Positions 1 through 13,400 of a stretch of DNA of 64,000 nucleotides are shown piece after piece (position 1 is the stretch's first letter; the number at the start of each line of letters is the position of its first letter). Under the pieces are notes generated by a model. The model made no database searches, was not told the origin of the DNA, and saw only the letters and a list, made by a program, of their open reading frames with translations. The stretch spans positions 1,860,001 to 1,924,000 of the forward strand of contig JAYWIR010000035.1 in the NCBI GenBank assembly GCA_036172245.1, read 5' to 3'. This stretch comes from Raillietiella orientalis (taxonomy: Eukaryota). The position numbers and the translations under genes were made by a program.

Positions 1-149
1 CCTTCCTGCCTTTGAGCAATCCCAGTGCAGCCTTTCGTGCAGGAGGTGCAACAGGAAGGAATGTTTGTCGCCTTTGGACTGCTGTCAAAGACAGCTTCCT
101 GGAAAAGAACTCTGGCTTTTCGAAAGAAGTGGCCGTGCTCCGGACAATA

Positions 150-1700
150 CGTCGCCTTCCGGTGTACAGGGATATTCTGTTCGATCTCAGGATCGGGTCA
201 TGCGCAGGAATTTTTTGACATGCTGATGTCAGCTCCACCGCGTTCACGCTTCCTTTCTGGAACTTCGGTTTGAAATTCATTGCGCAACGCCGAATGGAAA
301 GAGGAAGTCCTGCATGCTACCACCACCACGCGTGTGGAGATGGACGCCTCCCGTGGCAAGGCTGGGAAAACCATTGTCAACCAGAGCTCATATTGTCAAA
401 GATGCGAGAGGCGTCATTTAAGAGATGCGAACCAATGCGGCGCTAAAAACTTCCTCGAGTAACCTCCTGCTCATCTCCTTCACAGCCGCTGCTGGACCTT
501 ATTGTTTTGAACAATGCACAATAGGGTGCCATGACAGCAGGGAAGAGTGAAGGGACTACAAAGGATCCCTCCCCATTCTTTCCTTTCCTGCGTCTCCACA
601 GCGAGGAAAGCCGGAGGAGTTCGCACGGTCCACCAGGAGTTATGGGATGCTGAATCTTCCCTCGAAGGAAGCTGACGCAGCATCTGACCGTGTCTCTATA
701 GGAGACCGATCAGGATACCAAGTGTCTGGCAGGCACTACACGCACTTCCACGCCGCACTTTGCCAGGTCATGAATGCCTTTGTCCGTCCCAAACCTCCAG
801 CAACACGTCACAGGGCTGCGCTCGACCACGTGTCTTCTGCGGACGCAATCGCTCAGTGCAGGAGGGTTCCTCTTACTACCTCCAAGAGGCTATTCCATGC
901 GCAGAAGTTTTCGGTTAGTAAAGAACACGACGTTCCTTTGTATCACAACGGCAGTAGCATCCTCCTCTCTCCAGTTTCTTCTGCTACTTTCTCCTCTTCC
1001 TTTATCCTTCTTTTGTTTTCTCTGGTCCCCGATCTCCAGTCTTTTTTTTAAAAGGGGAGACGCACAGCTCCTGGTCTTCCTGCATCGCAAAGATTACAGG
1101 CTCCTCCGTCGCTCCACACGTGTGCTGGAGTCTTGCAGTTCTCTCCTAAAAATCGTATGTCAAGGATCCTCTTCGACTACCAGCACAGCCAGATAATCCT
1201 TTTTTCTCTTCCTCCTCTTCATCGTCATCCTCCTTCTTCCTCCCCTCCACTCCTGCTCCTGTCTTTTTTATACTGCCTTCTTCCTCCATTCCCCTCCTCT
1301 TACTGGTTCCTTCTTCACAGCTCTCCCTTTCACCTTCTTCCTCTCTTCGCAAGCCTCTTCTCTCCCTCTGTCTTCCTCCTCCTTTCTTGTTATCCTCGTT
1401 CGGCCTGGAAGGTGACCTCTAAGCAGATGACTTGCTTTCTTCAGTCTTTAATCTTCTTCATCCAAAGAAACAGCACTTCTCCCGTTCACAGACAAGCATG
1501 CCTCCAGAGCTATCTACCAGGACCAGATGGGACCGACAGAACACCAAGGGAGAAAAGCAGGTCTGTCCGGCGAAGTCCCACAATGCCCCTGACCACTCTG
1601 CGCCTTTCCTACAGGCCGCAAACGAACCAAACGACCCGTTTCCCATCCTCAGAGAAAGCAGATCTTTGAGTGCATCCGCACCGGCAGTGCCGCACCAGCG
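150..1700 (-). mobile_element. Highly decayed non-LTR retrotransposon (APE endonuclease remnant plus E/K/R-rich ORF1-like region)
   Basis: Minus-strand CLPDTW (~718-735) resembles the APE ClxETW motif. It is preceded on that strand by a purine-rich E/K/R-coding stretch (900-1400). Many stops and frameshifts; motif similarity judged by eye only. Confidence 0.3.
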
Positions 1701-3249
1701 ACGACATACCATTTTCCACGTCCATCATGCGCGAGAACAGGACCGCAGAACACGAGGGTTTACCTTGTCTTGAGCTGCTGCAGCTGCGCGCACGCGCATT
1801 GGGGCGGTGGGAAACAGCAGGGCAGGAGGAACCTTTGGCGCGCCGGTAAACGCTCGGCGCTGGAGGCAGCGAATCCTGTCGGCGCCGCCGTCTTCGCCAC
1901 GTTTCCCCAGCACGGCGCCGAAACAGAAGGCCGCGTCGCGGAAGAGCGTGCGGTTAGTGGAGAATCCACCCATGGGCGTAGAGAGAGTTCAGAAGTGGAT
2001 GCCGCTGTCCTCTGTTCGTGCCGTCAGATCCTGTGTGGCTCGAAACACCGGCCTGCGACCTCCGGGTGCTCGCAAACAACCGCCGCAAAGCTCAGGCATC
2101 TCAGGAATGGGTCGATTCCTGCCCTCACGTCCGTATTCTGCTCCTGGAGAGGAAACCGCAGACATCGTGCAAGTATCCGAATGAAATTACTGTTGGATCT
2201 TCGTGAACGCGAGTGAACAGCGCGTTCACGTGTGAACAGACTGAAGGAAGCGTGACGCGTGTCCCACCCGGGTAAACAACTAGCGGCGAAATCATCGACA
2301 CGAACTTTATCCGCTGGTTCGGAACCGCCCAGCCAACCTACAAAAAAAAAAAAAAAAAAGAAAACGGTTTTTTATCGGCATTCTGCTTACGGGAAAAGGT
2401 GTGGAAAATTTCTCCAGAAGAGAATCGCCCAGGTAAAGCCTGAAAGAGCACACTGGAAGAAATGTTTCCTTTTCTTCTCCACTTCCGATAGCCGGTGCTA
2501 TGGCGCTCCCATTCGGATTTCCATTCGTTGGGCAGGGTCGGCAGAGATTAGTTGATCGTGTGAGGACTACAACCTTTACATCTGCAAGCCTTCCTTTTCA
2601 GTTTTTTCAGTCTCAGAGCGCCATCTCCTAAGCGAACTGCTAACCAAATCTTTCTTGCTGACAAGAGACTCCATGGGAACGAAACACACATCCATCTACA
2701 AGAACCACACAGAGCAGCAGCATAGGAAAGTGACGAAAGCAACCTGGAGATTCAGAGGCGGCATCACAAGGCCGAACACGCGAATATTCGTGTTGCATGA
2801 TGTCTTCAAAATGATGCTTTCCGAGACGGTCATTTCGTCACAAGGAAACTGGTGATGAATAGGAAAAAACACCCCATGAATGCTCTTTTTTTTTCCACCG
2901 GTTCGCAAGCATAATGTTACATAGGCACCTCGAATACATAGGCATGATGTTTGCCAACGATAATCACTGGAAAATTTCGGAAAGCAGTAGGGGAGCGTGC
3001 TTTTGTTTACCAATGCTATGAGAGAGCAAACAGAATATGCATTTCACTGATAAGAGATATTGCGGGGAATAAGGGGAAGACGGTCGCTAATTGTTTTACG
3101 ACATTATAGGAAGGAGGGAAGAAAGAATTGCGGAATGCAATCCAGGCTCCATTTAATACGCTTCGTTTCGGCCTTTTCATCCCGCGAGCAGTCAATCCAG
3201 ACGAGGCCTCCATTTCATTTTGAGCGTGCGCGGGTGTTTACGGACCGGT

Positions 3250-4400
3250 AACCTAGCAGCCTCGTAAATACGCTCGGCTTCGCACGGCGTATTTGCTGCG
3301 CGCCTCTCCCGCTCTCTCCGGAGAACGCCAAACGCGCGTGTTGCCCCGACAACGTGAGGCTGAGCGCATTCCGCGGCCGGTGTGCTTCCTCCGGCGCGCG
3401 CGCGCGCGCACACACTCGCAAAAAGGAGGTCGCCGGGATGATTCAGGTTCCTCCTGAATCAGGGTGGATGAATCGGTAGAAGGGGAGGAAGAGGAGGAGG
3501 GAGGGGGAGGAACTGTCTGAGATTCCCACAGCTTCAAATCATGCTTCGGCTTGCGCCGCGGCCGCGAGTGGAGCTCAGCCGCGCGCCATGCGTCGCGCGC
3601 GCGCATGCGTCGAGTTCGTGCGAAAGCGGCTGCCGCGCGGAGGAGGCGCATGCGCAGGTGCGTGGCGCCGTGTCGAAACGTGAAAAAACTTTTTTTTTTT
3701 TTTTTTGCGCCGCAGCGAGCACCGCGGAGGAGGCAGCGAAATAGGGGGGGGGGGACGCTCGCGCGCGCACGCACACACCAAAAAAGCCGCATTCCATCGC
3801 GTTGGTGCTTTCCCGGCTCGGAGGAGGAGAAGGGGGGGGAGGAGGAGAGCGAAGAGCGGTTTCCTCTCGAAGGCACTCCTTTGTTTCGCTCAGATGAAAC
3901 GGGAAAACCGCAGCGCCCGCGCCCGTGCCCCGCGCGGCCTCTTTCCGAGCAGATGCTGTCGTCGACAGGACCCACCGGGAGAGCTCGCGGTTTTTTTCCG
4001 CCTCCTCCTACCCGCAGAACCGTTTTCGACGCAGGGGCCTCCTTTCACTCCGGGTCGCGAGGGCAGCGGGAAAGGGGCACCGGGGAGCCTCCCTGGGGGA
4101 AGAGGGAGGAGCGAAGGGGAGGCGCGGGAGAACGTCCCGGGGCTTTCCCGCCCCGCCCCGTTCCCCTCTCCCGCGGAACGAGCGCGCACAGGCGACGCGC
4201 AGCAGCGACTGACTTTCCGGCGTCCGCCGCTCTCCGGGGAGGCTGCGGGCGGACGGGCGAGGAGCATCCGTCCCCGTATCGCAGACAACGATCTCTCGAC
4301 CCGTCTGGGGACAGCTTCGCCCGTTCCCCCCGGTCGGACGGCTCTAGTGAGCGGCCATTTTATTTATGGGGCTCCGTGGGGCACTCCGGTCCCGCGGTGG
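3250..4400. promoter_or_regulatory. CpG/CGCG-dense promoter-like region upstream of the transmembrane protein gene
   Basis: Abrupt shift from AT-richer sequence (2340-3220) to dense CGCG and (CG)n runs, with poly-T and poly-G tracts, ahead of the candidate first exon. Confidence 0.4.
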
Positions 4401-5101
4401 GGAGGAGGGGGAGGGCGCTCGGAAAAGCCGGGGGAGTCACTCTGGCTGCGTCCCCTTCGCCACCCCCTACCTTCCCGGGGGGCCGTCCTCGAAGCTTCTG
4501 GCGCGCTCGGGAGAGATCGGGAGGAGAAGGAAGCGAACGGCAACACCGGAAGGACCGAGAGGGTTCGCCCTGCTCCCTCGCGCCACCCCTGGCCCGCCTC
4601 TCTCTCGACCCCTTCCACGCCCCACCCCTCGCACCGAGACGAATCGGCGCTCCCCTCTCGCGGCGGCCGGCGGCGTTTTTTTCTCTCCTTTGTGCGACCC
4701 ACCGCGGCCACCTGCGCCCAGGGGCCCGACCGGCAGATGCGCTCGCGGGGGCTTCCCGGACACCTGCCGGGAGTCCCGAGTTTCCTCCTCGCGAGCGGGA
4801 GAGGGGGCGGACCTCCCAGCCCTTCCGCCGCTCCCCGAGGAGGTGGCGAGGGGAGGCCCGCGGCGCCCCTCGCCGAGAGGCGCGCGCGCGCGGCCTGCAG
4901 CAGCGCGCGGCAGTCCCCCCGCCCGCGCGCGCCGGCGGCAGCGTCAGTGCGGCTTTCGAGGTCTCCTTGGAGGGAGGCGCTGCTGCTGCTGCTGCGCTCG
5001 GTGCCTGTCCGCCAACGACGTCTCTCTCCGCGCCACGACGTGGACGTGGACGAGGAAGTGGACAGCAGCGGAGGGTGGCGTGCGGCCACCGCCGCGCAGC
5101 G
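4366..5101 (+). other. Candidate first exon (coding or 5' UTR) of the transmembrane protein gene
   Basis: Consensus donor G|GTGAGT at 5101/5102. It is phase 1 relative to ATG 4366, which is compatible with the 7496 acceptor. The exon lies just downstream of a CG-rich promoter-like region, but its peptide is unrecognisable GC-biased sequence. Confidence 0.4.
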
Positions 5102-7495
5102 GTGAGTCGCGGGCTCCGTCGCCCCCACCTGGGGGCAGGCAGGGAGGAAGGGTCTTTCGGGGCGGGAGAGGCTGTCCCTCCCTCAGTGGTGGCGGACCGA
5201 CCAGGGCACCCTTCGTGAGGGACGAGTGACCTCCGCCTACGCGCGCGCGTCCCGGAAAGGAAGGGCAGTCTTCCTTTTCCCCTGAGGGCACCGGATCTTC
5301 CCCCCTGCAGCTGGCTGTTCGCTGGCGCCGCCTCGCGCCAGCGAGCAGATCCTTCCGGTTGACCGACTCGGGGAGCGCCTGGAGGTTGCCCGTCCGTCTG
5401 AACGAGGCTGGGGGCGCGCAGCTCTCCGCCCCTGCCCCCTCAGGGGGCGTTTGCCCGCTCCAAGATGGCTCGCGCAGCCTCGGGCGACGCGTCGTCCGCT
5501 AGCGGGAGATAATCGCTCAATTGGATGGGGAAGGAGGAGACCGCGTTGCCGTGACGCCGTTCTCCGCTCCGCGAGCGACGGCTTCGAGCTCCGCGAGCGC
5601 GGCTCCTTCCTGGAAGGAAAGGGGGGAGGGTCCCCTGCGTATGCGCGCGCCCCTTCGGGGAGGAGAAGTGGCTCTTTCATCCCCCCTTCCAGGTTGATGC
5701 AGGCGGCTCCGGTTGCCCTGAGTGATTTGGAGGTCCGAGGTTGCGCCTTCTTTCCCCCCTTGGACCACCAGTCGGATCCCTGACGACCCCCGCCATTGAA
5801 TCGCGGCCGTCGCCGGGGAAACCCCGCCCAAACGCGGGGTGGTGGTGGGTTTTGCTGCTTCCGCTATCCCTTCTCTCTACCCACCTACCCCCTCCTTCCC
5901 AATGGTCTTGGGATGGGCACTCATCCTGCCTTTCCTGCCCCTCCCATTTTTCCGAGCTAGGGTCGCGCGCCATGACAACCGACGATAGGGTCACGGCGGG
6001 GGCACTTTTCTCTCTTGCCGGGGGGTGGTTCTTTCAGGAGCCCAACGGTGTTCCGTCTCTGCAACCACCGTTGGGTAGTTCGATTGGCTCCTGCGCTCTC
6101 TGGACGAGTGAACGAGCGGTTTCCTGAAAAAAAAAACCTTTCTTTCCTTCCGTTCGGGGAAGCGGTTTCTGGGTGAGGTCTTCCCCGTCTCAGGCGAGCG
6201 CGCGCGGGTGCCTTCTTGCCCACGACCTCCTCTGGAGCGTGGACCTCACCCCACCCTACCACACTCCTCTCACTCCGAAATTTTCCTGAGGTAACCGCGA
6301 CAACGCGGAGGGTGGTTGCACGTCGGGAGCGGAAGGAAAGGAGGAGGAGAAGGGGAACCTCCTACTCCTTCCCCTCCACCCGTCCCACTCGCTCGCTTCT
6401 TCCCGTTCCTCCGACCTTTCGCCTTCTTCCGGGCCCGCCCCTCGGTAGCCTGTTGGCCCAGTCCGTCACCCACGGGACCATCCAGAAGCCGAGGCTATGA
6501 GGGAGGCCCATAACGGACCCCAGCTCTCCAGGCTGCTGTCCGCCGTGCCTCCCCAGTCCAGATGGCGTCTCCTCGCACGCGGATGGCGCCACGCGCCAGC
6601 GGCCCGTCGCTCCTGCAGTCGACTTCCACCAATACGCGTGTCTCTGCTGGTTCCCCCTTTTTCGACTGCTCCCGTATGCGCGACGCCTTTCCCCTTTCCC
6701 GGCGGCGCTACAGTCTCCGTCACAGACGGGTATGGCGCGCCCTCCCTGGGGATTCCGTGCTCCCCCAAGGGTAGTGGCGATGGCTCCTGGAATTCGGGGC
6801 GGGAGGAGGGGAGCTCAAGTGCGCGGGGAGGCGTCGCCGCAACCCGCTGGGACCCTCGGGCTCTCCCCCCATGCTCGGGTACCTCGAAAGGGGCAGATCA
6901 GGGGAAGAGGTCGGAGCGCCGCTCCCTCCTTTGGAGGGCGGCGACATCCCGACCCGCTCCCTCCCGGCCAGACACCCCCCTGCTCGAAGGGCAGGGAGCG
7001 ATCCCTCGCGGCCTCCGTTCCAGAGGCGAGGTATGGCCAGCAGCCTTCCTCAGGGAGGCCGCCGGAGGATCCGCTTCCCCTCCATCCCTACTGTTACCCT
7101 CATCCCCACCCTCTTCTGCAGGGGCCATCCACACCGCGTTCCTCATGCGGACCCGCGTAAGCCCATCGACCGCTGGGAAGAGGAAGACGTCGGGCATTTT
7201 CTCGGGAAAGCGCTAGTGCTCCCCTGCCCCGAGGGTCTGTGTTCTTCCTGCCCCCCCCCCCTTTGATGTTTTCTTGGCGGCGCTCTATACGCCGGAGAGC
7301 AACCATCCCGGCATCCACAGAGATGCGGCTGCTGCTCTGCTCCTCGACGTCGGCAGCTGCTGCGACAGAAGAATCAGGACGAGGGGGAGGGATGCTCACC
7401 GTCTTTCGGGATGGGGCAGGAAGGGGGTCCGCTCCAGAAGGCTCCCAGGCCAACGGCGGCGGATCGCTGAATACCTCTTTGCTCTTCGTCCCCAG

Positions 7496-10400
7496 ACTGG
7501 CACGACGGTGACAGCGGAGGTTGCTGCGGTCTGGCGTCGTCCATCGGCCCTCCCCCTCCCATGGACATCCCTCCTCCCCCGCTCCCAGATTTCGTGCTTG
7601 GGTGGGATGACTACGAGAACACGTGCAGGCGCGTGGAGATCGCGGAGGAAAGCGCCACCCTGATGAGAGGTAACCGCGGCAACGCCGAAGGCGACTTCGC
7701 GCCGGAAGCGGAAGGCGAGGAGGAGGAGGAAGGAAGAGGTCTACCCCTTATTCTCCACTCCTCCTTCCCGCTCGCTTCTTCACGTTCCCGTGCTTTTTTT
7801 CCACCTTCCACCTTCCAGAATCGTCCCCCGGCAGCCTGGTGGCTCTGCTGACCGTGGTCGCCGTGGTATCCACCATCTCCGGATGCGCTCTGGTCGTCTT
7901 TTGGATCAGACGCCAGACGTGAGTAGGAAGGGCACTCTAAGAGCGAGAAGGAAACTCCTCATCGGCCTTTCAGGAACTCATGGGCGTGGCACTGGAAGTT
8001 TCCCTGCAAGGACGGTGGCGAACGCCCATTCACGGAGGGCGCACCCTCCCGCTGCCAGCGCGACCACGGCGACGAACGACCTTCTTTCGAGGCGGGAGGG
8101 ACGTACGGCTGTGCTGTTGCAGCCCGGAAAGAAGAGGAGGAGGAGCAGGAGGATGCATCTCGTCTCCAGGCGACGGAGCCGCCTCCCATCTACGAGGAAA
8201 TCGACGCCATTCTCCCCGGATACGCGGACCGAGGTTGCCCCTCCGGCGCGATGTGCGTGTGTCGGGGCGCCGCGGCGGCACCTCCCCTTCCCAACCCCCA
8301 CCCTCCGTCCAGTCTGTGGACAGGGCTCGGTCCGGGGTCCAGCATGCATCCGCCTCCGCATCTCCTCCTCTTCCCTGGACCTCTCTTCTCCGCGGCGCTC
8401 CGGGACGAGGCGACGCTGCGCGCAGCCGCAGTCGCCTCCACGTCGTCCCTGGCGCGCGTTGTCAGCCGCCAACCCGGTGTCGTCGCCCGCGCCTTCGTCT
8501 AGCCCTGCCCTCCCACTTTCCCCGGCGTGCCCTTGGGAGCGATCTGGATACGCCGCCGCCCCCCGTCCTCAGGAACATCGCTCGTCTTCTCCCTGGAAAT
8601 CGTTCTTTCCACTCTCTTCGTTCTGCGAAGACGCTGTGGTCCCGAAGCGCCTCCATCCACTCCGCCCTGTCCGCCTTCCCCTACAAACACAACCAGCCAG
8701 AAGAGAGAAGGGTGATCACTGGAGGAGGGTGGATGCTCCCAGGCAACGCCGAAGACCTCTGCCTGTCCGTTCACGAGTCAAAAGAATAAAAGACAGACAC
8801 ACAGCAGCTTCAGCAGTAGCTCCTGGAGCGGAATGCTGGGGGCCGCGGCGCTGGAGCTACCGGCTGGATGGCCTCCCGAGGCGATGCGGTTGACACCGCC
8901 CACAGGGGGTGTGGAGAGGGAGGGCAAGAGAAGACAGGAGGTTGGGCGGCCCGGCGAGCCTTGCACTCGTCCTTCTCAGCTCCCCCCTCTTCGCGCCCGG
9001 ACCATCTCCTCGAGGCGTCTGCTGCAGATCCGTGGCTTCCTCTGTTGCCCCTTCCCAGCTGGATTGACCTCCTCCGGCACGCTCCTCGCCCAGAGGCGAG
9101 CCACAGAGAGGCGATCGGGAAATCCCCGGCTCCTTCGTGCCGGACCCCTCGCCACCCTCCCCCTCTTCGCCCGGAGCGAGTCGCCTCCGCGGGATTGCGC
9201 GCCATTCCTCCTCCTCCGACCTTTTTTCGATACCGAGACCCTGCTCCCCACCCCTCCTCGGGAGGAAGGATCATAGCGAAAAGGATCACTCCCGGAACGA
9301 GTCCCGGAAGGACTGAACTCCCTTCCCTCTCTCTCCCGCTCACGGAGACCCCTGGGAAGAGGAGCGGGACTGCCAGCGACCCTCTGCAAGGCCACTGGGA
9401 GTCCCTCCTCGTCGCTTTTTTCGATCTTTCCGCCAGGCCGGCCTGCCGCACTCCACGGGCGCCCCTCTTCTCAGCGGCCTTTCTGCCCGGTGGGGTGGGG
9501 TGGGTTGGCACACTTCCCTGTCTCCTCCCTCCGTTTGCTTGCCCTTTCCCCGGAAGAAACGCCGCCTCCGCCCGTCTTCCGGAGATACCGCCGCCACGCT
9601 CTCGCGCATTCGCGTCCTCGAACGCGCGCAGCTCCGTCGATGAAGCAGTCAAGGCGGGCAAGTGGAAGGGTGCGTGTGAGAAGGGGCGGGGCAATCAGGA
9701 AGGAGGAAGGGAAGAGGGCAAGAGGAGAACTTCTGGCGTTCTTCGTCAGCGGTGCGCGCGCAGCTGAAGAGCAGGCGCCGACACAGGGCCGGGAAAAAAA
9801 AAAAAAAAAGGCTGGAGGGGATGGGGGTGGGAGAGAGGCAGAAACCTCCGAATGCTCGTACGACGCTCTCGACCCCTTCCCCCCTTTCCTGCGATCCCCG
9901 AGTCGCGGACCAGCGGGAGCCCATGAGCACCAAAGTGCGAAACGTCGACCGAGCGGCAGCCTCTAGGAAACGAAGAGGGAAGGAGGGTGGGAGAGGAGCC
10001 TGCAGGGGTCAAGCCCGACCGACCCCCAGGTGAGGGGACCCTCCCCTCTCCCCGTCCTTGTTCACGTCCCATCGGAGAGAGAGCGGCGCGCGTGCGCAAC
10101 GGGAAGAGGGCTCCATCATCGTGGCGATCGCCCACTCGGCATCGGAGGGATGGCAAGCGTCCCTCGAAAAACAAGGAGATGCAGCGTGGGACCTTTCCCC
10201 GCTTCTCGAAGGTGGGAAATCAAACTGGCTCGACCAGTGGCCCATGGTGGAGACCTTCGGCAAAGGATTCCCAGGATCGCCTCCAGAGGTCGAGAAGCAT
10301 CCCCACGCTTCTCCCCGGCCCATCCGCAATCGGCCAGCTCGTAGGCACTGAGCGGCAGTGGTCCCTCGCGGTCTGCGTCTCGGCGGTGCCCCCTCGGACC

Positions 10401-13400
10401 GAGAAGGTGGAGGGGGCCGTCGTCCCGGACTTCTTCCCTCCCTCCCTTCTCCCTCCGCCCCCCTTATCTCTCTTATGGAACATCCTTCGGGCTTCCCGAA
10501 CGCTGCGACCGGGTAGGAAAGCTGCGGCCGCGTTGCCGTGGAGATCTTTCGAGATTGACGAGAGGATCCCACGCATCACGGATTGCGCCCGGGGAGTGGG
10601 CAAAGGAGGGGCCCAGGTCTCCCTTCCCCTTCAGGAGGCGGCGAGAAGGGCAAACTCCCATACAGAGTGGCGGAGGGGGGGAGGGATAACAAAGTCACGA
10701 AGATGAGATGAACCCTCAACCCTCCCCAGCGCACCCGGTCGCAGTCCGGAGGGCAGCCCCAGGTCTGTGTGCCTAGAGACAGCCAGAGGCGGGAAGATTG
10801 GGGGGGGGGAGCTGAGCGCTGCGCTCAGCTGATGGCATCCGTCATTATCTCTCGCTGGGACGATGCCCAGCCCGGAAGGACCAGAGTGTCCAGTCCTTTC
10901 CGCTACTCGCAGACGGCAGCTGCTGAAGGCTCGCCCTTCCCCTGGAGGTTCGTCATCTATCATCCAACGTGACCACGGATCTCTCCCTCCTCTCTTTTCG
11001 ATCGCAGCCATCCGCAAGGCTCCAGAGGGACAGGGGACGACCCCCTCGAGCAGTAGGCTGCGCGACCTGGCACCAGGAAACGAAACGAGGAAGAACCCCG
11101 ACAGGGAGAGCTGCACTGCGACGACAGCGCCTTCCGGAAGGCGGTGCAAGCCACGAGATGGTGAAGAAAGAGGAGACCGAGTGACGGACTGTGGAAGGGA
11201 TCCACCCGCTCGTCAGCACTCCCCCCCCCCCACCCCCCACCTCCCACAATCTCACCCGCTATATTCGAAAAATTAACAAATAAAGAACCAAGAGTCTGGA
11301 GAATCTCTAGGCTTCTGAGAGGAGAGAAAGGGTCCCCATTTTTCGGTGGATTGACGTCCCATTCTTTATCTGGATCCCGGTTGTATGGATCTCTCCGTAT
11401 CCCTGCACATAGTGATAGAGACTCGGAGCGAGCGCTCCAGCGGCGTCTCTTTCCCTCACTGCGGGTTTGCCGCTCCGCCGCTAGATGTAAGGAGCTCCGC
11501 TCTGGCGATCGCTGCCGATGATGGACTTTTTTTCCCCGCTAGCGTCCTCGTCGTCGCTGGCACCTTCACGTTCTGGAGGTAACCCTCTCCTGTTTCCCGT
11601 AAGGGGAGGGAGGATGGGGAAGGAAGGAAGACGTGGAGTGGACTCCGCCGAGCGCGTGCCTCTCCCAGTCCCCCCCAGAGAGATCGAACTCCCGCCTTCT
11701 TGGGGAAGCATGCGCGTGGTCTCCTCTCCGACCGCTCCCATCGATTTTCTGGGACGCGGCGGGACCTCATATGCGCGCCGCCGAGCCCGAAGGGATGCTG
11801 CTCGCGGTCCGAGGAGGAAGCACCGTCTCTTTCGGTTCCGTCATCTCCACCCGCTTTCGCGCCACGTCCTCTGACGTGACGCAGCAGCAGCCGCCGATGT
11901 TTTCCACGAGTGCACGGACCTCCTGGACCAGGAGGACGGGTGGGCAGACGTGAGTAAGCGCTCGCTGGCGTGCGCGGATCCCTGCAAAAGACGCGGAGGA
12001 GGAGGAGAAGGAGGGATACTGGGCCGCAGCCCTCCCGCTGGAGGCAAGCAGGATAGCACGGAGGGGCACCTGGAACCGCCCTCTTGCCCTTTTTAATTGG
12101 CATTGCGTTGCCGCCTTCCCCGGGTGAGCTCCCATCCCCGCTGCTCCGGATGAATCATCCGAGGACGTGGCGGACCGTAAATCTCCGCGACAGAGATTCG
12201 GACTCCCTGCTTATCGGCGCATCTTCGAGATCGCGGGGGAAGATTGGCGCGTCCCTTCCACCCCAGTCCGCGACGGTCTTAATGAGCCAGTAGGCTGCGA
12301 TGCCTCTGCCCGCTCCAGCCTCCGGACCAGAAGACGCGGGCAGAGGAAGCAACAACAGCAGGAGGCCACGCCGTCTTCTCCCCCTCCTCCTCCCCGACTC
12401 TCCTCCTGTTCTCCCTCCCCCCCATCCTCTGCCACCGCAGTGCGCGCTCCAATGCCCCGAGCGAGCGCCACCCACCCTCCCACCGTCGCGGGCGTCGGCC
12501 TCCCGCAGGCCGTGAAGGTGCGCGCAGTCGGACGTTACGGCGCCCGGAACCTGGGAGAGAGGGCATGGAGGCACGGAGAGGAGGCCTCTCGCGGACCGCC
12601 CGAATGCGCGTGCCCCTCCTTCCCTTTGTCTGCCGCAGCCCAGCATCCCCCCTTTGTCGGCTCGGCTGCGAGGGGCTGCCGCCGCGCGCGAGACCGCGCC
12701 ACTGTCCCGGCCGATATCGTCCGCGACCGAGCCGCAACTCCCTCGCCGACCGCGAACAAGGCGGCGGACCGAGGGGAAGCGCGGGGGCACGGACGACGTC
12801 GCCCGGGATTCCTCCACTCCTCATCCCAGGGGATGAAGGCGGACCCGCTCTTTCCATCCTCCTCCTCCTCCCCTCCCTCGTTCTCCTCATCTCGCTCCCT
12901 TCCATACGTGGCAGTGGAGCAAGTCGCGGCTAGTTCCTCCCTCCCTTCCACTCCTCCTCCTCCTCAGGTTCCCCGAGAGTCGCTGAAGATGGAGCAGCGG
13001 CAGCAGCAGCAGCAGCAGCAGCAGCAGCTGACGGCTCTGCAGATCGGCGTCGCACCCGCCGTTCTCGGCCTGTCCTGCGAGGTGTTCCGGTCATGCATGC
13101 TGGGGCCTCCCCCGCTGCCGAAGGTGGACATCCCTCCTCCTCCCCCGGTTCCTCCGTTCCTGCAGGACATCGCCGCCTTCTTCCTGGACGCCGACGGCAA
13201 CGGGACTTGCCGCATGTGCCAGTGGGCCGGCGATGCCACCACCCAGTACATAGATATCGGAGACAAAGGTTCGTCCTTTCCCGGGCCGCTGCCCCTCCCG
13301 CCGGGGCGCCGAGGGGCGGAAGGAAGGGGAATCTGGGTGCCTGCGCGTGCGGGAACGACCGGTCGGGATCGCGGAGCCGGGAATTTCCCGGTGTGCCTTC

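Noticed and set aside
3551..5218. Long ORFs in several overlapping frames (555, 466 and 287 aa), and similar ORFs at 12167-13801, 39492-40580 and 41149-42288
   Set aside because: They are R/P/G/A/S-rich, overlap on both strands and carry no recognisable motifs, as expected from stop-codon scarcity in GC-rich DNA. Only sub-segments bounded by splice sites were accepted.
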